A DNA stretch of 10,841 nt. Source: an uncultured archaeon. GTDB taxonomy: Archaea; Asgardarchaeota; Jordiarchaeia; Jordiarchaeales; Jordiarchaeaceae. The stretch is from the NCBI GenBank assembly GCA_964510585.1, contig CAZECW010000145.1, positions 1 to 10,841 on the forward strand, written 5' to 3'. The first letter of the stretch is position 1, and each line of letters starts with the position of its first letter. The notes beneath the pieces are model-generated. The model searched no databases and was not told the origin of the DNA. It saw only the letters and a list, made by a program, of their open reading frames with translations. Shown piece after piece: positions 8,461 to 10,841 of this stretch. Made by a program: the position numbers and the translations under genes.

Positions 8461-8520
8461 TGTGGATCACGCTGTTCTCGATATATATTTACATATGTAT
8501 GAGAATGGCGTGACCCACAA
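8460..8520. repeat. Long imperfect palindrome/hairpin (27 paired positions, 4-nt loop)
   Basis: TTGTGGATCACGCTGTTCTC-G-ATATATAT-TTAC-ATATGTAT-GAGAATGGCGTGACCCACAA. 8460-8479 pairs with 8501-8520 (one A/C mismatch, two G:T), G8480 is bulged, and 8481-8488 pairs with 8493-8500 (one G:T). Confidence 0.85.
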
Positions 8521-8606
8521 ATTAACCCCACCAACCGTGTTTGGCACCAAAACCGGTCGCCAGTTCCCCTCTGCCCAGCCTCCAGCCCATGATGGTCTCG
8601 GACAGG

Positions 8607-8618
8607 CTTGACGTCAAG
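8607..8618. promoter_or_regulatory. Perfect 12-bp palindrome CTTGACGTCAAG, possible operator
   Basis: Exact self-reverse-complement. The function is inferred only. Confidence 0.3.
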
Positions 8619-8657
8619 GTATCAGACACATTTTTAACTACCTGAGCACAAAAACTT

Positions 8658-8720
8658 TTTGGGGATGCTGACAGGTTATTTTTGTTTTGCATATTATATT
8701 TAGTGGTCAGCGTCCCCAAA
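8658..8720. repeat. 15-bp inverted repeat with 33-nt AT-rich spacer (possible IS-end/MITE relic)
   Basis: TTTGGGGATGCTGAC (8658-8672) vs GTCAGCGTCCCCAAA (8706-8720), 14/15 complementary. No transposase and no clear target-site duplication. Confidence 0.75.
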
Positions 8721-8829
8721 TAAAATTTTCAAAAGTACTATTGTTCAAACATATAGGAATTAGTCTGTCTTCCAACAAAGTAGAGCCTTGTTATCCGCTT
8801 TTCGATGGCGACAGGTAAATGTATGCTGG

Positions 8830-9456
8830 TTATTTCAAGTATTCGTCAACTAGTGGTTTAACAGCTCTATAAAAAGCATTCATCTTTTCTTTCATCCAGT
8901 TTTTCACTTCTTCGTCTAAATTTCCGCGCTCCCTTTTTGCATAGACTCTAGCCCAACTTTTTCCCCACTCCTCAAACTTAAGCTCCTCTCCCACTTTTTC
9001 TTCAAGATATGATTTTTTACTCCTGAGAAATTCCAACATCTTCATATTCCATTCTCGATCTCGACTTTCTATATGGAAACCAACCTCAACCCAGTCCTTG
9101 CGTATACTCCATTGGAAATGAACATCTGAGTGTGCCGCGGGGATTCTTAACCAGTTATTCTTGCTAGGTTTTTTATAAGTTACCCCAGGGTTTCTACTCT
9201 TAAAATCTTCTAAAAGTTCGCCGAAAAACTCCATGTTTCTTCTTTGTGCGGGGGTTAGTTCCTTGCTCCCTATTTCTTCAACTTCTTCTTCTCCTATCCA
9301 CCTTGTAACAAAGTATTCCTTCTCATCATCTTCAAAATACTTGAACTCAAGACCCCTTATTAGCATTCCATAAGATCTCAGATAATCCATCACTTCAATT
9401 ATTGTATCGTCAATGGAATAAGATACTACAATCAAATTGAAACGCCCATCATTCAA
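8830..9456 (-). CDS. C-terminal fragment: DUF4268-like domain
   Basis: NMEFFGELLEDF, KPSKNNWLRI, VHFQWSI, VEVGFHIES, NMKMLEFLRSKKSYLEEKVGEELKFEEW and WARVY match the DUF4268 pattern as I recall it. The TTG start has no RBS. Confidence 0.6.
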   Translation of the reverse strand: MNDGRFNLIVVSYSIDDTIIEVMDYLRSYGMLIRGLEFKYFEDDEKEYFVTRWIGEEEVEEIGSKELTPAQRRNMEFFGELLEDFKSRNPGVTYKKPSKNNWLRIPAAHSDVHFQWSIRKDWVEVGFHIESRDREWNMKMLEFLRSKKSYLEEKVGEELKFEEWGKSWARVYAKRERGNLDEEVKNWMKEKMNAFYRAVKPLVDEYLK

Positions 9457-9507
9457 ATTTTGCTTTAGGCTCTCTTCGAAATCATTTAAAGAAATTTCAA
9501 TATCAGG

Positions 9508-9879
9508 TTAGTCCTCATGAATCATATCAAAAACAGACTTAAGATCAACCTTTTCCTTCAATTCATCCAAGCTCAATTTGTACAAAGTGGACGCATATTC
9601 CAAAATCTGAGCAATAACATCTCTAGGAGATTTTCCCCTCTTCAACTCCACAATTCCAAGAGCCCCATTTTTATCCACAAATAAAAGATCTAGCTCCGAC
9701 CCTCTAATTTTTAAACGACTGCCTAACAGATAGAATTTTTCATCCTCACTTGTCGAAAGCAACCCTAAGTTCTCTTCGACAATTTTATGAAGATATCGTT
9801 CATCCCTATCTTCCTCAAACTGCTTAACAGGAAGAGAAATTGTATACTTACTTTTTTTATCTCTAACAACCAAACCCAT
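9508..9879 (-). CDS. N-terminal fragment: NucS/EndoMS-like (DUF91) restriction-endonuclease-fold domain
   Basis: ERYLHKIVEENLGLL, ELDLLFVDKNGALGIVELKRG (D...E-x-K catalytic motif), RDVIAQILEY (Q-x3-Y). Confidence 0.7.
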   Translation of the reverse strand: MGLVVRDKKSKYTISLPVKQFEEDRDERYLHKIVEENLGLLSTSEDEKFYLLGSRLKIRGSELDLLFVDKNGALGIVELKRGKSPRDVIAQILEYASTLYKLSLDELKEKVDLKSVFDMIHED

Positions 9880-9942
9880 GTTCCCACTCACCTATCTGAT
9901 TTCACACAGATCTTGTTTCCGACCAAAATTTTGAGTTTTTCC

Positions 9943-10794
9943 CTATATTTCCTCCAATTCATTTTCTTTTTCTTTGTACCTTTGTAATAAAATGTTAAGG
10001 AGATCCTTGTATTCGCTGCTTAGGATATAATCAGGCATCACTTCTGGAGTTATTATCAGCAGGCTCAAACTTTCTCGTGCATCCTCGTCCCCTTCAAAGT
10101 ATTCATAACCGAAAATGTCAAATAGACTTCTCAATATAAACCAGATTATTTTCTGAAATAGCGTTAACCATTCCTTTAACTTTTCCTCGTTGAATTTTAC
10201 AGCCGCCGGGCAATCGGAATGACTCCCCCATTTCTCCGAAATTTCGAAGGATGGAAAATGAGGATGCAAAAATTCATTCAGAGGCCAAATTATTTCGCTT
10301 CTAACCCACTCTTTGAATTCACGTGATATAACTTTTTTCTTCACTAGAAATTTCAGGATAAAGTCATAATTCAGAAATTTTAGTTTTCTACTCCTCCTAA
10401 ACACTTCGCGATATAGTTTGTCTGGAACCTCGTATTTTCCATTTATCCATTTTTCAAAAGCACTCCTATCTTCTAAAAAAGTGAAGTATACACCCGTCAA
10501 GAAATTCTCAACCACACTCCTTAAAACTTGCGTTGCATTTCGATAGTGACCACAGAAAGCAAGAAATATGCTACATTTCAAATCCCTAATACATTGAAGC
10601 AATAAATAAAATATAGGTATATCCGTACCAGTTTTCGATATTGCAAGCGCAAACCTACAAAGACACTCAATACAAGTTCCCGAAACGCAGGGTAAAATTT
10701 TAGGGCGTAAAAAGTTTTCTGGTGCAAATCGCTTGGAGTTTCGCCTTGAGTTTGGTTTAAAGCCGAATTCTGGCGGTTCCAGTTCCCTCCCCAT
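9943..10794 (-). CDS. Hypothetical helical protein, HEPN-like/DUF5677-like
   Basis: SIFLAFCGHYRNATQVLRSVVENFLTGVYF (G-x-Y-x2-A-x3-LR-x3-E) and PLNEFLHP. The start was moved to ATG 10794, which has GGAGGA upstream. It is co-directional with the nuclease gene, with a 63-bp gap. Confidence 0.8.
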   Translation of the reverse strand: MGRELEPPEFGFKPNSRRNSKRFAPENFLRPKILPCVSGTCIECLCRFALAISKTGTDIPIFYLLLQCIRDLKCSIFLAFCGHYRNATQVLRSVVENFLTGVYFTFLEDRSAFEKWINGKYEVPDKLYREVFRRSRKLKFLNYDFILKFLVKKKVISREFKEWVRSEIIWPLNEFLHPHFPSFEISEKWGSHSDCPAAVKFNEEKLKEWLTLFQKIIWFILRSLFDIFGYEYFEGDEDARESLSLLIITPEVMPDYILSSEYKDLLNILLQRYKEKENELEEI

Positions 10795-10841
10795 TGTTCC
10801 TCCTTTTGGCAAAATGAGCTCTATGAGGGCTTATTTCCAGG

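Larger units (their letters stand above)
8830..9879 (-). pseudogene. NucS/EndoMS-like PD-(D/E)XK nuclease fused to DUF4268, interrupted by one in-frame TAA (9510-9508)
   Basis: ...MIHED-TAA-PDIEISLNDFEESLKQN-LNDGRF... reads in frame from the 9508-9891 ORF into the 8830-9456 ORF, with 17 sense codons between them. ATG 9879 follows an AGGTGAG RBS. The read-through product is 349 codons. Confidence 0.85.

Noticed and set aside
8589-8645. Possible C/D box sRNA (ATGATGG...TTGA...CTGA, 57 nt)
   Set aside because: Box C is imperfect, there is no recognisable C' box or terminal stem, and I cannot identify a target for the guide.
7956-8719. ORFs 7956-8327, 8093-8278 and 8522-8719
   Set aside because: Atypical composition and no RBS. 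They run through hairpin/repeat sequence and show no transposase motifs.
9787-9987. 66-aa ORF (+)
   Set aside because: Antisense to two supported genes.
1-10841. Stop-codon reassignment as an explanation for the in-frame TAA/TAG
   Set aside because: TAA, TAG and TGA each terminate intact genes in this window.

Overview
This is a low-GC, archaeal-looking accessory region, judged from GGTGA/GGAGG ribosome-binding sites and a TTTAAA-type TATA box. It has the hallmarks of a defence or nucleic-acid-processing island in partial decay. Recognisable genes are a uracil-DNA-glycosylase-superfamily protein (-), a Zn-ribbon-tipped UPF1/DNA2-like SF1 helicase (+), two helical proteins with HEPN/DUF5677-like R-x3-E...L[SN]-x3-4-H motifs, a YafJ/EgtC-like class II glutamine amidotransferase (-) and a NucS/EndoMS-like PD-(D/E)XK nuclease fused to DUF4268 (-). 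Three things are hidden from the ORF track. (1) The amidotransferase was apparently fused to a C-terminal winged-helix domain, now broken by three frameshifts and a stop. (2) The two ORFs at 8830-9891 are one gene split by a single in-frame TAA. (3) The 1604-2386 ORF probably extends upstream through stops and frameshifts. The ~930-bp non-coding gap at 7902-8829 holds a 27-bp-stem palindrome, a 15-bp inverted repeat, a nested hairpin and a perfect 12-bp palindrome. No rRNA, intact tRNA, CRISPR array or transposase was seen. Family assignments come from motif recognition by eye, not from database searches.
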